Positions 1-10,555 of a stretch of 64,000 bases of DNA are shown piece by piece. The stretch covers positions 352,001 to 416,000 of the forward strand of contig OY762654.1 in assembly GCA_963666205.1 (NCBI GenBank), read 5' to 3'. Positions within the stretch are counted from its first letter, which is position 1. Each line of letters begins with the position of its first letter. The DNA comes from Synergistales bacterium (GTDB lineage: Bacteria; Synergistota; Synergistia; Synergistales; JAFGMB01). The notes under the pieces were generated by a model that worked only from the letters and a program-made list of their open reading frames with translations, was not told where the DNA came from and searched no databases. Made by a program: the position numbers and the translations under genes.

Positions 1-192
1 AAAGGATACCACCTGGCCACGGGAGTGCACACCAGCATCCGTTCTTCCTGCTGCCTGGACATTGACATAGGCATCAGAAAGTTTTGTAAGAGTTTGTTCA
101 AATATTTCCTGGACAGTAACAGCATTTGGCTGTTTCTGCCATCCGGCTAAGTGACTTCCATCATATGTTACTGTTGCAGCATACCTTATCAC
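1..192 (-). CDS. truA: tRNA pseudouridine(38-40) synthase, 5' part (runs off the window edge)
   Basis: Manual translation from GTG at 192 (GTGA overlap with ecfT stop; alternative ATG at 198): IRYAATVTYDGSHLAGWQKQPNAVTVQ...AAGRTDAGVHSRGQVVSF. TruA YDG..GWQ and GRTDAGVH motifs; usual position after ecfT. Confidence 0.93.
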   Translation of the reverse strand, partial: MIRYAATVTYDGSHLAGWQKQPNAVTVQEIFEQTLTKLSDAYVNVQAAGRTDAGVHSRGQVVSF

Positions 193-1001
193 AGCCATAC
201 CCTGCGATCAAAGAAACTCAAAAGAGCAACTGTAGTGATTATGATCACCAACCCTAGTGTATCTTTGTGTTTCCAGACAAGAGGATGCATTCTGGTACGT
301 CCCTTGCCACCCTTGTAACATCTGGCTTCCATAGCAATGGCTAGATCCTCGGCTCTTTGAAATACTATAACAAATAAGGGAATAAGGACAGGGATAAAAG
401 CCTTAAGGCGATTCCAGATATTACCCTTGTCGAGATCCGCTCCCCTGGCAAGTTGCGCCTTCATTATCCTATCTGTTTCATCAAGAAGAGTAGGAATAAA
501 ACGTAATGCGATAGTCATCATCATGGCCAACTCATGAGCTGGGAAACCAAATGGCTTGAGTGGAGAAAAAAGACTTTCAAGACCATCAGCAAGTTCCATG
601 GGACTGGTAGTCAAAGTTAGGATAGAGGCAAAGAGAACAAGGAAAAGTAGCCTTAGACCCATATAGACACCCATTCTGAGCCCTTCGTAGGTAATACTAA
701 CGAAACCAATCTTGAATAATGGTTCTCCCCCGGTAAAAAGAAAGTGGATAAATGCCGTGAAAATAACCAGTATCATAACAGGTTTAGCGGAACCTATGAC
801 CAGTCTTATTGAAAGTCTGGACATAAGGATTACTCCAAGAAGGAAAAATGCCCATATGCAAAATGCAGATGGATGTTTTACCAGGAAAACCCCAGTAAGA
901 AGGATTATTGTTCCCAGTATTTTGCCCCTTGGATCTGCATTGTGGACAAAAGAGTCAGCAGGTATATATTGTCCAAAAGTAAGGTGATCGAGAAATTTCA
1001 T
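189..1001 (-). CDS. ecfT: ECF transporter transmembrane T component
   Basis: GQYIP..S..H..DPR.K, ALRFIPTL, AQLARG and AMEARCY motifs; follows two ECF ATPases. Confidence 0.93.
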   Translation of the reverse strand: MKFLDHLTFGQYIPADSFVHNADPRGKILGTIILLTGVFLVKHPSAFCIWAFFLLGVILMSRLSIRLVIGSAKPVMILVIFTAFIHFLFTGGEPLFKIGFVSITYEGLRMGVYMGLRLLFLVLFASILTLTTSPMELADGLESLFSPLKPFGFPAHELAMMMTIALRFIPTLLDETDRIMKAQLARGADLDKGNIWNRLKAFIPVLIPLFVIVFQRAEDLAIAMEARCYKGGKGRTRMHPLVWKHKDTLGLVIIITTVALLSFFDRRVWL

Positions 1002-1840
1002 TTTCGCACCTTCTCAATCAGGGCTTGTGCCAATAAAAATTCATCTCCGGTAATAGGAACATCAAATCCTTTGAGGAACAACTCATGGGACATCTGAACA
1101 ACCTCAGGAAGAAGCAAGCCATACACGTGTCTTTTCAATAAAGAATCGATCACATTTTCGGGAGTTCCATAAGTAAGCTGTCTACCGTGCTGTAGTACGA
1201 GTATTTTCTCGCTGCAGGCAAGGGCTAACTCAAGATCATGAGTAATAAGGACAATACCAAGTCCATCTTCTCTAAGAGCTGTAAGAAGACCCATCAGATC
1301 CTTTCGACCGGAGGCATCCAGTCCAGCAGTAGGTTCATCAAGAACAAGATAATCCGGATTGGCAGAAAGTACTGAAGCTATCGCGACTCTCCTTTTTTCT
1401 CCTCCTGAAAGATGGAAGGGACTACGGTGATAAAAGACGGAATTCAATCCAACTCTTACCAGGGCATTTTCAACTCTTTCAGCAACAGTATCAGGGTCGA
1501 CTCCCCAGTTTCTCGGAGCAAAAGCAACTTCATCAAATATAGTTTCTGCAAAAAGCTGCTGTTCCGGGTACTGAAAAACAAGACCTACTTTCTGTCTCAC
1601 AGTACGTAATTGTTTGCTTCTGGGATCAAGTGAGATATTATCAACTTCGATACTCCCTTCCTGACAGAAAAGGAGAGCATTGAGATGTTGTGCAAGTGTA
1701 GATTTACCGCTGCCTGTATGTCCAACAATTGTAAGCCATTGTTTCTTCTGAATAGATAGATCAATGCCTTGAAGAGCTATTGTTTCAAGAGGAGTTCCCG
1801 GGTGGTATACATGTTTTAGATTATGGATTTCTATGGACAT
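998..1840 (-). CDS. ecfA2: ECF transporter ATPase A'
   Basis: GHTGSGKS Walker A, FQYPEQQLF, LSGGEKRR, LDEPTAGLD. Confidence 0.92.
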   Translation of the reverse strand: MSIEIHNLKHVYHPGTPLETIALQGIDLSIQKKQWLTIVGHTGSGKSTLAQHLNALLFCQEGSIEVDNISLDPRSKQLRTVRQKVGLVFQYPEQQLFAETIFDEVAFAPRNWGVDPDTVAERVENALVRVGLNSVFYHRSPFHLSGGEKRRVAIASVLSANPDYLVLDEPTAGLDASGRKDLMGLLTALREDGLGIVLITHDLELALACSEKILVLQHGRQLTYGTPENVIDSLLKRHVYGLLLPEVVQMSHELFLKGFDVPITGDEFLLAQALIEKVRK

Positions 1841-2658
1841 AATGCCTGGACTACTCCATCCTTGGTAGGTTGAACTTCTTCAGGGATCATCCCCGCATTT
1901 TTCAACATAGACCAGAGTCGAACAATTGGTGGAACTTCCAGTCCCCATTTTTCTATCCCTTTTCCAAGTTCGAAAAGGTCACGCGGAGTACCATCCCAAC
2001 TCAGATTACCCTCATTCATTACAATAACACGGTCACAGGACTGTATCTCTTCTATCCTATGGCTGATATATACAATGGTCATTCCCTGCATGTGAAGCTC
2101 AGAAAGAACATTAAGAAGATCTTTTCTTCCCTGAGGATCAAGCATGGCGGTCGGTTCATCAAGGACAATTACAGGAGGAGTCATTGCGAGGGCCCCTGCA
2201 ACAGCCAATCTCTGCTTCTGTCCTCCAGAAAGGGCATATGTTGCTTTATTCCTGTATTCACTCAGGCCAGTTACATCAAGGGACCATGTTACTTTTTCAC
2301 AGATATCTGAAGGAGAGAGACCAAGGTTTTCTGGTCCGAAAGCAGTGTCATCCTCAACAACACTTGCCACTATCTGGTTATCCGGATTCTGAAAAACCAT
2401 GGCAACCTTACTTCGGATTGCCCAGATATTCTCACTTTGAGTACTATCCATATTGAGAATAAAACAAGCGCCCTGCGTTGGTATCAGCAGGGCGTTAAGA
2501 ATTCTGGCAAGTGTGGATTTTCCGGATCCATTACTACCAACCAGGGCTACCCACTCTCCCGCTTGCACTTCAAGATCGATCCCTTTTAATGCAGCCTCAT
2601 CTGAACCGGGATACTGAAAATAAACATCCCTCAGCCTGAACACTACATCTTCAGGCAT
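1831..2658 (-). CDS. ecfA1: ECF transporter ATPase A
   Basis: GSNGSGKS, FQNPDNQIV, LSGGQKQR, LDEPTAMLD. Confidence 0.92.
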   Translation of the reverse strand: MPEDVVFRLRDVYFQYPGSDEAALKGIDLEVQAGEWVALVGSNGSGKSTLARILNALLIPTQGACFILNMDSTQSENIWAIRSKVAMVFQNPDNQIVASVVEDDTAFGPENLGLSPSDICEKVTWSLDVTGLSEYRNKATYALSGGQKQRLAVAGALAMTPPVIVLDEPTAMLDPQGRKDLLNVLSELHMQGMTIVYISHRIEEIQSCDRVIVMNEGNLSWDGTPRDLFELGKGIEKWGLEVPPIVRLWSMLKNAGMIPEEVQPTKDGVVQALCP

Positions 2659-2660
2659 AT

Positions 2661-3014
2661 TTATTCTACCAACTGAATGATAGCCATGGGAGAGGCATCT
2701 CCCTTGCGGTACCCAAGTTTTACTATTCGGGTATAGCCACCCGGACGAGATTCATATCGTTTAGCTATATCATCAAAAAGCTTGTGGGCTGCTTCTTTGT
2801 GAGGAAGCCTGGAACGAACAATCCGTTTGTTGTGCAAAGTGTTACCCTTAGCCCTGGTAATAAGTTTTTCAGAAACACGTCTCAATTCTTTAGCTCGAGT
2901 GAGCGTTGTAACTATGCTCTCTTCAAGAAAAAGACTGGCTGCAAGATTGGCAAGCATAGCTTTTCTGTGACTACCATAACGACCGAGGGTCCTTCTATCC
3001 ATATGATGTCTCAT
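2661..3014 (-). CDS. rplQ: 50S ribosomal protein L17
   Basis: MRH...LGR..SHRKAML, RPGGYTRIVK. Confidence 0.97.
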   Translation of the reverse strand: MRHHMDRRTLGRYGSHRKAMLANLAASLFLEESIVTTLTRAKELRRVSEKLITRAKGNTLHNKRIVRSRLPHKEAAHKLFDDIAKRYESRPGGYTRIVKLGYRKGDASPMAIIQLVE

Positions 3015-3018
3015 GGAA

Positions 3019-4035
3019 TTATTCCTCCTTCAGTAAATTATCTTCAGCCTTGTCGTTACGGAGCTGTAACCCAAGTTTGAAGATCTTCTCCTCGATTTCT
3101 CTAAGAGAGATCTTTCCAAGATTACGTATTTTCAGAAGATCGTCTCTGGACTTACTTAAGAGATCCCCGATAGTGTGGATTCCTCCGCGAAGAAGACAAT
3201 TCTCGCTCCTGATCGAAAGTTCCAGCTCCCTGACAGGTCTGGCGAGAAGTGTGTCCTGTTCTTCAGATAGGCTGTCACTTTCAATCTCTGATGACACAGG
3301 AACTTCCTCTGAACCTTCAACCAAATAACCCTCACCATGCTCGACAGGATGAATCTTTTCAATATCCTCTACAATCATCCCGAAATAACTCCGTATGATC
3401 TTTGCTGCCTCACAGACAGCAATATCAGGCTCAACAACGCTATTAGTCCATACATCAAGAACCAGTCTGTCATAGTCAGTTCTCTGTCCGACTCTGGCAG
3501 CCTGAACTTCATATTGCACTCTTTGAACAGGCGAAAAGATTGCATCTATCAACAAAGCATCCGCAGGAAGATAAGCCGGTCTTGGCCGATCTATCGTGGC
3601 ATATCCCTCACCCTGTTCAACATAGAGATCCATTGACAGATGTGCACCTTCCTCAAGAGTACATATGTATGCATCCTGGTCCACAAATTCAACTTCACTG
3701 TCAGGCTGTATCATGGACGCTGTTACGGTCTGAGGACCTTCAAGCTCCAGTCTGAGAACCCGTACCTCAGAACTATAGGACCTGACAGGTACATGTTTCA
3801 GATTAAGCAGAAGTTCAATAACATCTTCCCTGACTCCGGGAATTGTAGTGAACTCATGAAGAACGCCCTCGACCCTTACGGACGTGATAGCTGCACCTTT
3901 AATCGAAGAGAGAAGCACCCGGCGAAGCGCATTGCCCAACGTTACCCCGTAACCTCTCTCCAGAGGTTCAAGAATAACCTTACCAAGAGTAGGACTACAC
4001 TCTTCTATTCTGATTTCAGGTCGCATTAATTCCAA
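3019..4035 (-). CDS. rpoA: RNA polymerase alpha subunit
   Basis: EPLERGYGVTLGNALRRVLLSS; alpha-CTD ELELSIRSENCL. Start placed at TTG 4035 (9 nt after an AGGTG SD); ATG 4026 is an alternative. Confidence 0.96.
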   Translation of the reverse strand: MELMRPEIRIEECSPTLGKVILEPLERGYGVTLGNALRRVLLSSIKGAAITSVRVEGVLHEFTTIPGVREDVIELLLNLKHVPVRSYSSEVRVLRLELEGPQTVTASMIQPDSEVEFVDQDAYICTLEEGAHLSMDLYVEQGEGYATIDRPRPAYLPADALLIDAIFSPVQRVQYEVQAARVGQRTDYDRLVLDVWTNSVVEPDIAVCEAAKIIRSYFGMIVEDIEKIHPVEHGEGYLVEGSEEVPVSSEIESDSLSEEQDTLLARPVRELELSIRSENCLLRGGIHTIGDLLSKSRDDLLKIRNLGKISLREIEEKIFKLGLQLRNDKAEDNLLKEE

Positions 4036-4057
4036 AATATCCAACACCTTTCTGCTA

Positions 4058-4687
4058 TTATCTAGCATAGAACTCGACAACCAGCTGTTCGTTGACGGGC
4101 ACGTCGATCTGTTCACGGGTTGGCAGTGAAAGAACTTTTCCTTCCATTTTTTCTGAATTTGTTTCTAGCCATTCAGGGATAGTCCTGGAACCGGCTACTT
4201 CAACATTTTCCTTAATGACCGGGACTTCTCGGCTTCCTTCATTAACAGAGATGATATGTCCTGATTTTACAAAGAAACTTGGAATGTCCACTTTTTTCCC
4301 ATCTACAAGGAAATGCCCGTGCATTACAAGCTGTCTGGCCTGATTTCTGCTACTGGCAAAACCCAGTCTGTAGACAACATTATCCAATCGCTGCTCGAGA
4401 AGCTGTAAAAAATTGTGACCCGTCTGTCCAGCCATTCTGTTTGCCCAGCCAAAGTAACGTCTGAACTGAGATTCATTCATACCATAGAAGCGACGCAACT
4501 TTTGTTTTTCTCTAAGTCGAATACCATATTCACTAACTTTGCCTCTTCTGCTGCTGGCTGATTTCCCAGGCTTGGTTTCTCTTCTGGCGATAGAACATTT
4601 TTCAGTATAACAACGATCGCCCTTCAGAAAAAGTTTGACTCCTTCAGCCCTGCACAAGCGACAAACAGGTCCTGTATATCTGCTCAT
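4058..4687 (-). CDS. rpsD: 30S ribosomal protein S4
   Basis: [40 protein letters not shown]. Confidence 0.97.
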   Translation of the reverse strand: MSRYTGPVCRLCRAEGVKLFLKGDRCYTEKCSIARRETKPGKSASSRRGKVSEYGIRLREKQKLRRFYGMNESQFRRYFGWANRMAGQTGHNFLQLLEQRLDNVVYRLGFASSRNQARQLVMHGHFLVDGKKVDIPSFFVKSGHIISVNEGSREVPVIKENVEVAGSRTIPEWLETNSEKMEGKVLSLPTREQIDVPVNEQLVVEFYAR

Positions 4688-4719
4688 AATTTAATTCGCC
4701 TCCTAATCCTCGTCCCGGA

Positions 4720-5112
4720 TCAAACACGACGCCTTTTGGGCGGCCTGCATCCATTGTGAGGAATGGGTGTTGTGTCTTTGATCATGTTAACCTGAAGTCC
4801 AGCAGCCTGAAGAGATCTTATAGCAGATTCTCTACCAGGTCCTGGTCCTTTGACAACAACATCAATTTCCTGAACTCCATGCTCCTGAGCCTGTTTGGCG
4901 ACTTGCTGGGCTGCGATCTGTGCAGCAAAGGGAGTTGACTTTCTTGCACCTTTGAACCCGACATTACCACCTGATGCCCAGGCAAGAGTATTACCAACTT
5001 TGTCACTTATACTCACTATGGTGTTATTGAAGGTTGAATAGATATGGGCTACACCATAGCTTATATTCTTTTTTTCCTTGCGTTTGCCTTTTCGCTGTGT
5101 ACGCTTGGCCAC
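4720..5112 (-). CDS. rpsK: 30S ribosomal protein S11
   Basis: [32 protein letters not shown]. Confidence 0.97.
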   Translation of the reverse strand: MAKRTQRKGKRKEKKNISYGVAHIYSTFNNTIVSISDKVGNTLAWASGGNVGFKGARKSTPFAAQIAAQQVAKQAQEHGVQEIDVVVKGPGPGRESAIRSLQAAGLQVNMIKDTTPIPHNGCRPPKRRRV

Positions 5113-5156
5113 GTGATCCAGCCTCCTTGAAACTGTCTAGCCCGTTATAATCTTAC

Positions 5157-5534
5157 TTATCTCGGGGTTTTCTTTTTTCCTGCCACAGTGCGCCTTGGAC
5201 CTTTTCTGGTCCTTGCATTGGTCTTGGTTCTCTGACCACGAACCGGAAGGCCCTGTCTATGTCTCAGTCCCCTGTAGCAACCGATATCTATCAATCGTTT
5301 GATATTCATGGTCACTTCTCTGCGGAGGTCACCTTCGACCTTGTAATTTTCCTGAATCTCTTTCCTGAGTCTCTGCTCCTCATCTTCAGTAAGATCCTTT
5401 ACCCTGGTATCGGGGCTTACTTTAGTAGTTTCAAGGATCTTCTTTGATGTGGTAAGACCTATTCCAAAAATATATGTGAGAGCAATTTCTACCCTTTTTT
5501 CGCGGGGTAGATCCACACCAGCAATACGAGCCAT
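5157..5534 (-). CDS. rpsM: 30S ribosomal protein S13
   Basis: [28 protein letters not shown]. Confidence 0.97.
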   Translation of the reverse strand: MARIAGVDLPREKRVEIALTYIFGIGLTTSKKILETTKVSPDTRVKDLTEDEEQRLRKEIQENYKVEGDLRREVTMNIKRLIDIGCYRGLRHRQGLPVRGQRTKTNARTRKGPRRTVAGKKKTPR

Positions 5535-5538
5535 CAGA

Positions 5539-5664
5539 TTACCTCCTCGCTCCCTGTCTCTGTTTATGGCGAGGGTTTCTGCTGCAAATAACCCTTACCA
5601 CTCCATTACGCTTGATGATCCTGCAGTACTCACACATCGGTTTTACCGATGGTTTGACTTTCAT
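5539..5664 (-). CDS. rpmJ: 50S ribosomal protein L36 (41 aa, not in the ORF track)
   Basis: Manual translation [49 protein letters not shown] upstream. Confidence 0.96.
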   Translation of the reverse strand: MKVKPSVKPMCEYCRIIKRNGVVRVICSRNPRHKQRQGARR

Positions 5665-5725
5665 AATTATTCACGCTCCTCCTGAAATTCAAAACCTTGA
5701 AAGGTATATTTACAGTGTTAGGAAA

Positions 5726-5947
5726 TCACTTATATCTATACACTATCCGGCCACGAGTCAAGTCATAGGGAGATATCTCCACCAGGACTTTGTCTCCCGG
5801 GAGGATCCTTATAAAATGCATCCTCATCTTTCCTGAGACATGTGCCAGTAATTTATGACCGTTGTCCAGTTCAACCCGGAACATGGCATTGGGAAGAGGT
5901 TCAACAACCTTGCCCCTCACTTCGATAACGTCATCCTTATCAGCCAT
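5726..5947 (-). CDS. infA: Translation initiation factor IF-1
   Basis: [25 protein letters not shown]...[16 protein letters not shown] at 5947. Confidence 0.96.
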   Translation of the reverse strand: MADKDDVIEVRGKVVEPLPNAMFRVELDNGHKLLAHVSGKMRMHFIRILPGDKVLVEISPYDLTRGRIVYRYK

Positions 5948-5952
5948 CAGGT

Positions 5953-6264
5953 TCAATCTACCTCCTTGTTCTGATACTTTTTTGTCTGTATTTCCGACAA
6001 AAGCCGTCGAATTCTTTCTCCATTTAATAAACGTCCTGCCAAAAGAGATTCAGGTACCTCATAAAGAATTCTACTGACACGCTGTAGATGTACAGGGTTT
6101 TTTTTCTTGGGTGCTCCTGGCTTATAGTTTCTACCGTTACATATAAGAACCCTTTGTTCCATATCATCCCAGCCAACCACAACGTACCATTTGCCAACAT
6201 CTTTACCCTTTCTGGAAATAACTACTTGTCCAGGTTGAAATCGTTTTATCTTCATCCCGTTCAT
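5953..6264 (-). CDS. KOW-domain (L14e-like) RNA-binding protein
   Basis: [20 protein letters not shown] and [10 protein letters not shown]; conserved position between map and infA. Confidence 0.8.
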   Translation of the reverse strand: MNGMKIKRFQPGQVVISRKGKDVGKWYVVVGWDDMEQRVLICNGRNYKPGAPKKKNPVHLQRVSRILYEVPESLLAGRLLNGERIRRLLSEIQTKKYQNKEVD

Positions 6265-7031
6265 TTCCAGGGGGTAAGAATTTCAGCTCCATCTTTAGTT
6301 ATCAGAACCGTCTTTTCAAAATGGGCAGCATCAGAACCGTCTGCAGTAAGGACTACCCAGCCATCAGCACCAGTAACAACTTCTTCCCTACCTGCCATAA
6401 CCATGGGTTCTATGGCGATTGTCATGCCCGGTTTCAAGGTTACTCCTCTTCCAGGTCTGCCAAAATTTGGAACCTGAGGGGGCTCGTGAGGATTCCTGCC
6501 AAGCCCGTGTCCTGTGTAATCTCTAACAATACCAAAACCATGGTCTGAGATATATTTTTCTATGGCAAAACCGATATCTCCAACTGTATTACCGGAGCAG
6601 GCTTGTGCTATTCCTATATCAAGACCAGTTCTTGTTACAGCAAGAAGCCTCAGGCGATCCTCTGATATTTCTCCAACTGGATATGTGAAAGCAGCATCAC
6701 CATGGTATCCGTTATAACAGGCCATTACATCGATACTTATAATATCACCGAGCTTCAGTGTCCTCTCGAACTGCGGTATCCCATGAACAACTTCATTGTT
6801 TATGGAGGCACAGATCGAACTTGGATAGGGCGTAGGTATACCAGGTACACGATACCCCTTCTCTGAGGGTATTGCTCCCTGATCTCTTATATACTTTTCT
6901 ACCCATTCGTCAAGTTCTCCAGTAGAAACTCCAGGCTTGACAAGATCCTTAAGACCCATGAGTACTTCAGCTACTATCTGGCCAGCTCTACGCATATTAA
7001 CCAGTTCATGATCTTTTTTCAAGGTTATCAT
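6261..7031 (-). CDS. map: Methionine aminopeptidase type I
   Basis: SINNEVVHGIP, GHGLGRNPHEPP, AIEPM, AAHFEKT. Confidence 0.96.
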   Translation of the reverse strand: MITLKKDHELVNMRRAGQIVAEVLMGLKDLVKPGVSTGELDEWVEKYIRDQGAIPSEKGYRVPGIPTPYPSSICASINNEVVHGIPQFERTLKLGDIISIDVMACYNGYHGDAAFTYPVGEISEDRLRLLAVTRTGLDIGIAQACSGNTVGDIGFAIEKYISDHGFGIVRDYTGHGLGRNPHEPPQVPNFGRPGRGVTLKPGMTIAIEPMVMAGREEVVTGADGWVVLTADGSDAAHFEKTVLITKDGAEILTPWK

Positions 7032-7033
7032 AC

Positions 7034-7678
7034 TTACGTTCTTACCAGACTTTCTATCATCGTAAGAACCGTATCACTGGATTCGCTGGCGTCAACTTTT
7101 TTCAACAAACTCTTCTTTTCGTAATATTCAATAAGTGGAGAAGTCTGTTCATAGTAGACGTTAAGTCGATTCCTGATTACTTCCTCACGGTCATCATCTC
7201 TCTGGTAGATTTCGCCTCCGCATCTATCACATAGAGATCCATCGGCCGAGGGGTTGAAATTAACATGGAATATTGTCCCGCAACGTCGACAGATCCTTCT
7301 ACCAGAAAGCCTCTCAATAACAACGTCATCAGGGACATCCAGGAGAATAACGGCATCAAGATTAACTTCAAGGTTAGAAAGCAGATGATCAAGAGCCTCC
7401 GCCTGACTTACCGTTCTTGGGAATCCATCCAGGAGAAAACCTTTGACACAATCTCTATCCTTCAGCCTGTCTCTGACCATGGCAATTATAAGCTCATCCG
7501 GAACGAGTTTGCCGGAGTCCATAAAAGACTTGGCCTCTTTACCCAGAGATGTCCCTTTTTTGACATTTTCTCTAAGGATATCACCTGTTGAAACGTGTGC
7601 TATAGAATATTTGTCTTTTATAACAGCGGCCTGGGTTCCTTTTCCAGCCCCAGGAGGACCTAAAAGAATAAATCTCAT
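7034..7678 (-). CDS. adk: Adenylate kinase with Zn-type LID
   Basis: GPPGAGKGTQA, LDGFPRT, CRRC...CDRC. Confidence 0.97.
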   Translation of the reverse strand: MRFILLGPPGAGKGTQAAVIKDKYSIAHVSTGDILRENVKKGTSLGKEAKSFMDSGKLVPDELIIAMVRDRLKDRDCVKGFLLDGFPRTVSQAEALDHLLSNLEVNLDAVILLDVPDDVVIERLSGRRICRRCGTIFHVNFNPSADGSLCDRCGGEIYQRDDDREEVIRNRLNVYYEQTSPLIEYYEKKSLLKKVDASESSDTVLTMIESLVRT

Positions 7679-7688
7679 AAATAACTCC

Positions 7689-8981
7689 TTAAAACCTTAA
7701 GAGGCCACCGGCCTTATCTCGCTTTTTCAGTATCCCTTCATAGTGCCTCATGAGAAGTTGGCCTTCAATCTGATGGACTGTGTCTAACGCTACTCCGACA
7801 ACAATAAGAATGGCTGTCCCACCGAAATAGAAACTTGTAATACCCATCATTTTCGTCATAAGCGTTGGTATCAGTGCAATTGCTGCAAGAAAGACTGCTC
7901 CACCCAGTGTAATCCGCGACATTACCTTCTCTATAAAATCAGAAGTGGGACGACCAGGCCTGATCCCAAGGATAAATCCGCCATACTTCTTCATGTTAGT
8001 TGCAACTTCTGCAGGATTGAAAACAACCGCAGTATAGAAATAAGAAAAGAAGATAATAAGGAGTACGTAAAGGGCCGTATAAACGACGCTTCCTGGAGCG
8101 AGAAGTCTCTGCATAAACGCTGCAATGTCACCAGAGAAGAAGCGTGCTATTGTATAGGGAAAAAGCAAAACAGAAGATGCAAAAATGATTGGAATAACCC
8201 CTGCCTGGTTGACTCTCAGCGGTATAAAGGTGCTCTGTCCACCATAAACCTTATTCCCTACTACCCTTTTCGCATATTGAACAGGAAGTCTCCTCTGGCC
8301 TTCCTGTAACAGGATACAGCCAGCGACAACAACTATCATAAGAGCAATTGCCATGAAGAAAACCAGAAGGTTCATTTCTCCGAGTTTAATCATGTTCCAT
8401 GTTCTGATTACAGCTTCCGGGATTCTAGCAACTATGCCGGCGAATATCAGAAGGGATATTCCATTTCCAATACCATGGTCAGAGATCTCTTCTCCAAGCC
8501 ACATAACTGCAACAGCGCCTGTTGTAACTGTCGTAACTACCACAAGGCCATCGAAAAGAGCTCCCGAGAATATCCCCATGCTTCCAAGCCAGAAAGTCAT
8601 ACCTACTGCTTGTATCAGGGCAAAAACAATCGTACCCCACCTGGTGATCTGAACAATTTTCTTTCGCCCTTCTTCCCCTTCTTTCTGCATTCTTTCAAGG
8701 GTCGGAAATACCACTACAAGCAACTGCATTACTATGCTTGAATTGATATATGGAGCAACACCAAGGGCAAAGATGCTAAACCGTCTTAGTGCTCCACCTG
8801 CAAAGATATCAAGAAATCCTAGAACTCCTCCCTGATCGAACAGCTTGGACATAGCCTGAGTATCGATACCAGGCGTTGGGATATGCGCACCAAGCCGGAA
8901 CAGGAAAAGAACCCCTATTGTAAAGAGTATCCTTCTTTTAAGATCCGGGAGTCTGAATGCATCCCTGAAGGAATCGAGCAC
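7689..8981 (-). CDS. secY: Preprotein translocase SecY
   Basis: FSIFALGVAPYINSSI, GIGNGISLLIFAGI, GVIPIIFASS, GIRPG. Confidence 0.97.
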   Translation of the reverse strand: MLDSFRDAFRLPDLKRRILFTIGVLFLFRLGAHIPTPGIDTQAMSKLFDQGGVLGFLDIFAGGALRRFSIFALGVAPYINSSIVMQLLVVVFPTLERMQKEGEEGRKKIVQITRWGTIVFALIQAVGMTFWLGSMGIFSGALFDGLVVVTTVTTGAVAVMWLGEEISDHGIGNGISLLIFAGIVARIPEAVIRTWNMIKLGEMNLLVFFMAIALMIVVVAGCILLQEGQRRLPVQYAKRVVGNKVYGGQSTFIPLRVNQAGVIPIIFASSVLLFPYTIARFFSGDIAAFMQRLLAPGSVVYTALYVLLIIFFSYFYTAVVFNPAEVATNMKKYGGFILGIRPGRPTSDFIEKVMSRITLGGAVFLAAIALIPTLMTKMMGITSFYFGGTAILIVVGVALDTVHQIEGQLLMRHYEGILKKRDKAGGLLRF

Positions 8982-9428
8982 CTAGATCACCTCAGCTTTC
9001 CCGCCTGCGGCCTCTATCTTTTTAATTGCCTGTTCGCTGAAAGCATGGGCACGGACCGTCAGAGATCCGGTAAGTTCTCCTCTCGCAAGTATCTTTACTG
9101 GTTTATCCAGTTTTCTAACAAGTCTGGACTCATAAAGTTCTTTGATAGTGACAGTATCTCCATCGTTAAATCGTGAGGACAGATGGTCCAGATTCACATG
9201 CTGGTAGGTAGTCCTGAAACGGGCATTGTTGAATCCTCGTTTGGGGATCCGCCTCATCAAAGGCATCTGCCCACCTTCAAAACCAGGGCGTACACCTCCA
9301 CCACTACGGGAATTCTGACCTTTATGTCCTCTCGCGCTTGTTTTACCAGAACCGCTTCCGATACCTTGGCCCAGTCTTTTGGAATGGCGTTTGGCACCAG
9401 GAGCTGGTCGAAGATGGCTCAGATTCAT
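8982..9428 (-). CDS. rplO: 50S ribosomal protein L15
   Basis: [18 protein letters not shown]. Confidence 0.97.
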   Translation of the reverse strand: MNLSHLRPAPGAKRHSKRLGQGIGSGSGKTSARGHKGQNSRSGGGVRPGFEGGQMPLMRRIPKRGFNNARFRTTYQHVNLDHLSSRFNDGDTVTIKELYESRLVRKLDKPVKILARGELTGSLTVRAHAFSEQAIKKIEAAGGKAEVI

Positions 9429-9440
9429 GTCAACAACCTC

Positions 9441-9626
9441 CTACCCATCAATAACTGTCCATTCAACGAGATGATGCACCTTGTTAATCATTCCACGAAT
9501 TACAGGCACATCTTCCTGAATGACAGTCTGATGAAGCTTTTTCAAACCAAGGGCCCTGATGGTCCTTTTCTGGGGTTCCGGATAACCTATCGCGCTCTTT
9601 TTCCATGTTATGCTGAGTTTAGCCAT
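9441..9626 (-). CDS. rpmD: 50S ribosomal protein L30
   Basis: KSAIG...[14 protein letters not shown]...[11 protein letters not shown]. Confidence 0.95.
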   Translation of the reverse strand: MAKLSITWKKSAIGYPEPQKRTIRALGLKKLHQTVIQEDVPVIRGMINKVHHLVEWTVIDG

Positions 9627-9641
9627 AATTTTAATGCCTCC

Positions 9642-10160
9642 TTAAGCCCTCTGGGACGGAGATCGATCTTTCCCTCTTAAAGCCATGATCTCGTCAGGAG
9701 TTCTCATATTGTCAAGTGCGTTAAGGGTGGCCCAGGCAACGTTCACAGGATTGTTAGTCCTTCCTATGACTTTAGTCAGAACATCCTTGACACCGCCAAG
9801 TTCCATTATGGCCCTGACGACTCCAGCGGCAATAACTCCCGTACCGGGGGCTGCTGGTTTAAGAAGGACCTGAGCGGAACCAAAATTGCCAATGATAGGA
9901 TGTGGAATGGTATTGCCGACCTTTTTAAGATCCATAAGGTTTTTCCCGGCTTTGTCTATTCCTTTACGAATGGCTTCGGTGATTTCCTTGGCCTTACCCA
10001 TGCCAACACCTACATGGCTTTCACCGTCTCCTACCACGACCAGAACACTGAATCTAAAACGTTTTCCGCCTTTGACGACCTTGCTGACCCTGTTTATAGC
10101 AACAACGCGCTCGGTAAGTTCAAGTCCTTTTGCGGAAATGTTTGTATTGTTCATTTTCAT
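9642..10160 (-). CDS. rpsE: 30S ribosomal protein S5
   Basis: RVSKVVKGGKRFRFS, PAAPGTGVIA. Confidence 0.97.
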   Translation of the reverse strand: MKMNNTNISAKGLELTERVVAINRVSKVVKGGKRFRFSVLVVVGDGESHVGVGMGKAKEITEAIRKGIDKAGKNLMDLKKVGNTIPHPIIGNFGSAQVLLKPAAPGTGVIAAGVVRAIMELGGVKDVLTKVIGRTNNPVNVAWATLNALDNMRTPDEIMALRGKDRSPSQRA

Positions 10161-10167
10161 ATCCTCC

Positions 10168-10536
10168 TTAGAACTTCAGTCCGGCTTCACGTGCTGCTTC
10201 AGCTAAAGCTTTTACGCGCCCGTGGTACGTATGGCCACCCCTGTCGAAAACCACAGAGTTGATTCCCTTATCGAGAGCCATCCTGGCCACAAGGGTTCCT
10301 ACAGCTTTGGCTGCTTCAACGTTTGATCCTGATTTAATCCCAGCCTTGAGTTCTTTATCAAGGGTTGATGCAGCAACAAGTGTATGACCCTCGTTATCAT
10401 CTATGAGCTGGACATAGATATTACTTAAACTGCTGAAAACAGCCATTCTTGGGCAATCCAGGCTTCCCTTTAATGTTTTACGGAGCCTGCGGTGCCGGAT
10501 AATTCTCATCTCATTTCTACTTCGCTTTTTGATCAT
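10168..10536 (-). CDS. rplR: 50S ribosomal protein L18
   Basis: [27 protein letters not shown]. Confidence 0.97.
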   Translation of the reverse strand: MIKKRSRNEMRIIRHRRLRKTLKGSLDCPRMAVFSSLSNIYVQLIDDNEGHTLVAASTLDKELKAGIKSGSNVEAAKAVGTLVARMALDKGINSVVFDRGGHTYHGRVKALAEAAREAGLKF

Positions 10537-10555
10537 CCCGTATCACCTCTGTATC

